Positions 31,687 through 33,519 of a stretch of 33,519 nt of DNA are shown in pieces. The notes beneath the pieces were generated by a model. It was not told the origin of the DNA. It saw nothing but the letters and a program-made list of their open reading frames with translations, and searched no databases. The position numbers and the translations under genes are program-made. Position 1 is the stretch's first letter, and each line of letters starts with the position of its first letter. The stretch spans positions 674,670-708,188 of the forward strand of contig NW_008246075.1 in the NCBI RefSeq assembly GCF_000281045.1, read 5' to 3'. The DNA is from Saprolegnia diclina VS20. Taxonomy: Eukaryota.

Positions 31687-33519
31687 TTAGATTTGGATCT
31701 GCTTGTGGCCGTCAACAATGCGAATGGTGTTGGTCGGGCTGTCGGTCTGCTGGGAGTCGTAGCCGCGCGAGCTGTTCAAATCCGAGCCCTGGAGCGAAAT
31801 CGTGTACTGTCCAGGACCGCTCTCCATCATGTCGTGGTCGTGGAGTGTCGGGAGACCCGAGTACGACTCGTTGCCTTCCTTGGTCCAGCCCGACGAGTAC
31901 GTCCAGAGGAGGAGCAACTGGCGCACAAACATACCGACAAAGACGATGCAGAGCAGGATCAGAATGACGTACGACAGCGTCTTTTGCGTCTCGACCGAGA
32001 GAGACGCGTCCGTCATGCCCGCGGCGAGGCCGTAAATCAACACGATCGCAGCCTCGGCGCCCAGGATAAACCCAAAGTGCGCCGAGCACTCGCACGGCCG
32101 AAGTGCAACGAGAGCCCCGACGTACACGAGGTGCACCGCGATGAGCAAAAGAAGCTGCGTGAGCGGGTCCGTCGTCACCGACGCAATGAGCACGCCGGTT
32201 GCAATTTGCACGAGCGCGGGCGCCGCGAAAAAGAGCCGGCAGCTGTACGTGTACGACGAGTAGAGCACGCCAAAGACGACGCGCGTCTGCCACTTGGAGA
32301 GACCGGCCTCGGTCAAGCGGTAGAGCGACACCATACCGTAGAGGAGCACCGCCAAGATGAGCACCAAGGTCACGAGCGCCAGAATCGCATTGCCATGCGG
32401 AAAGCCGGACGTGGACGCATCTTGGAGGAGCTCAAAGAGCGCAATCATCGTCAACGGCAGCAACACGAGGTACCCGACAATGACACACATGCCGAGGAGG
32501 CGGCGCGAGATGGACCGGAGGTTCACGCTGCGCTTGTGCGAGTCGGACGTCTCGGTATGGAACGGGTTGCCGCGCTGGGACGCCCACTTTGCAAAGAGCG
32601 CGGTCGCAATGACGCACACGAGCAGGAGCGCGAGCACAATGAGCAGCGCGACCCAGACGCGGAGGAACCAGTCGCGTTCGCGGACATCGGACCGGACAGC
32701 AAACTGCACAAAGCCAATCGCATCGTACTCGGCGAGTCGGCGGTATCCGACCAGCTGGACGCTCGAGACGGCGCCACTCGCCGCCTTGCTGGGCGCGCTT
32801 CCGCGAATGAGAAACACGAGCCATGAGAGCGAGTCCAAAAAGTTGGTGTAGAAGAGCTGCGGCACCTTGGCGTTGCGGGCGAGGGCGAGCACGCCGGCTT
32901 GCTGCACAAATGACACAAAGAGCGGCAGCTCCCACGCGTTGGGCGCCAAGAGGCGCTCGCGCGCGGTTTCGCCCGCAATGTAGGACGGGTTCATGGCGAG
33001 GAACTGGAAGAAGGCGAGGATGACGACCGTGATACCGACGACCGCCGACGCGGTGTAGCGCACGGTCTGCTCGGCCGCCGATTCGGACCCGGTCGTGACG
33101 TCGCGCTTCGTGTCGGCGACGGTGGCGTCCGACCCACCCTTGCCACGGTTCTTGTTCTCGCTATGGTCGTTCGCAACGGCTTTCGAGCCCGAGCTCGACC
33201 CGGACGATGGCGGCGCGGTCGTACCGAGATTGTTGAGATCCTTGAGCTTGTTGAGATCGTCGGGGTTGATCGTGACAACCGCTGGAATCGTCGTCGGCGC
33301 CGGTGTCTGCTTGGACAAGAGTGCGTCTTCCAGTGGCGCCGTCGTGGACACTGCGTCCGTCTTGCCAAGAAGGTTGTCGAGGATCGGCGACTTGGTCTCG
33401 GTGGGCGCCGGCGTGATAAGAACGATCTGCGTCGGGGGCGCTGTTGTACCGCCCGGTGTATCTGTGGGCTTCGGTACATCAGTTGGGGCGTCCGTGGGCT
33501 TTGGTGCGTCCGTTGGAGC
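31687..33519 (-). CDS. Multi-pass membrane protein with TRP (fungal Flc/Pkd2-like) TM domain and Thr/Pro-rich stalk; 5' end outside the window
   Basis: Frame is open from the window edge (APTDAPKPTDAPTDVPKPTD...) to the stop at 31687. LFVSFVQQAGVLAL...VPQLFYTNFLDSLSWL and FGVLYSSY...FFAAPALVQIATGVLIA resemble that family; about 8-9 hydrophobic helices. Confidence 0.75.
   Translation of the reverse strand, partial: APTDAPKPTDAPTDVPKPTDTPGGTTAPPTQIVLITPAPTETKSPILDNLLGKTDAVSTTAPLEDALLSKQTPAPTTIPAVVTINPDDLNKLKDLNNLGTTAPPSSGSSSGSKAVANDHSENKNRGKGGSDATVADTKRDVTTGSESAAEQTVRYTASAVVGITVVILAFFQFLAMNPSYIAGETARERLLAPNAWELPLFVSFVQQAGVLALARNAKVPQLFYTNFLDSLSWLVFLIRGSAPSKAASGAVSSVQLVGYRRLAEYDAIGFVQFAVRSDVRERDWFLRVWVALLIVLALLLVCVIATALFAKWASQRGNPFHTETSDSHKRSVNLRSISRRLLGMCVIVGYLVLLPLTMIALFELLQDASTSGFPHGNAILALVTLVLILAVLLYGMVSLYRLTEAGLSKWQTRVVFGVLYSSYTYSCRLFFAAPALVQIATGVLIASVTTDPLTQLLLLIAVHLVYVGALVALRPCECSAHFGFILGAEAAIVLIYGLAAGMTDASLSVETQKTLSYVILILLCIVFVGMFVRQLLLLWTYSSGWTKEGNESYSGLPTLHDHDMMESGPGQYTISLQGSDLNSSRGYDSQQTDSPTNTIRIVDGHKQIQI
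33455..33519 (-). repeat. Degenerate coding repeat PTDAP(K)/PTDVP(K), mucin-like, truncated by the window edge
   Basis: Repeated PTD units on the minus strand. Confidence 0.7.

Noticed and set aside
29746..32826. Long plus-strand ORFs opposite the fusion gene and the TRP-like gene
   Set aside because: Antisense shadows with no independent motifs.
1..33519. tRNA, rRNA, CRISPR arrays, mobile elements, prokaryotic operon-like systems
   Set aside because: None seen; the DNA is intron-containing eukaryotic sequence with no transposase or RT motifs and no spaced repeat arrays.

Overview
Gene-dense eukaryotic DNA, GC-rich in coding regions, with many very short (about 35-55 nt) spliceosomal introns and one scaffold gap (N run 4850-5313). 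Intron size, gene density and protein families suggest an oomycete, plausibly Saprolegniales (inference, not proven). I can support about 17 protein-coding genes after manual splicing: an M28/transferrin-receptor-like type II membrane protein lacking its zinc ligands, a possible EF-hand protein, a PI4K-gamma-type kinase, a Cys-rich type I membrane protein, DBP9/DDX56, a PPR protein, cyclin H, a dually acylated small protein, a CAT-type amino-acid permease, a CSRNP-like protein, GatB, a METTL21-like methyltransferase, a LYR protein, a mucin-stalk TRP(Flc)-like membrane protein and two hypotheticals. The standout is a 7-exon minus-strand gene (28192-31032, about 853 aa) that fuses an F-box, a full CDK-type kinase domain with its catalytic residues substituted (HRN, KPKH, DFA, GTEG), and a complete A/B-type cyclin. 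It looks like a candidate SCF substrate receptor built from a self-contained pseudo-CDK/cyclin. All splice models and family calls are by eye; no searches were run.
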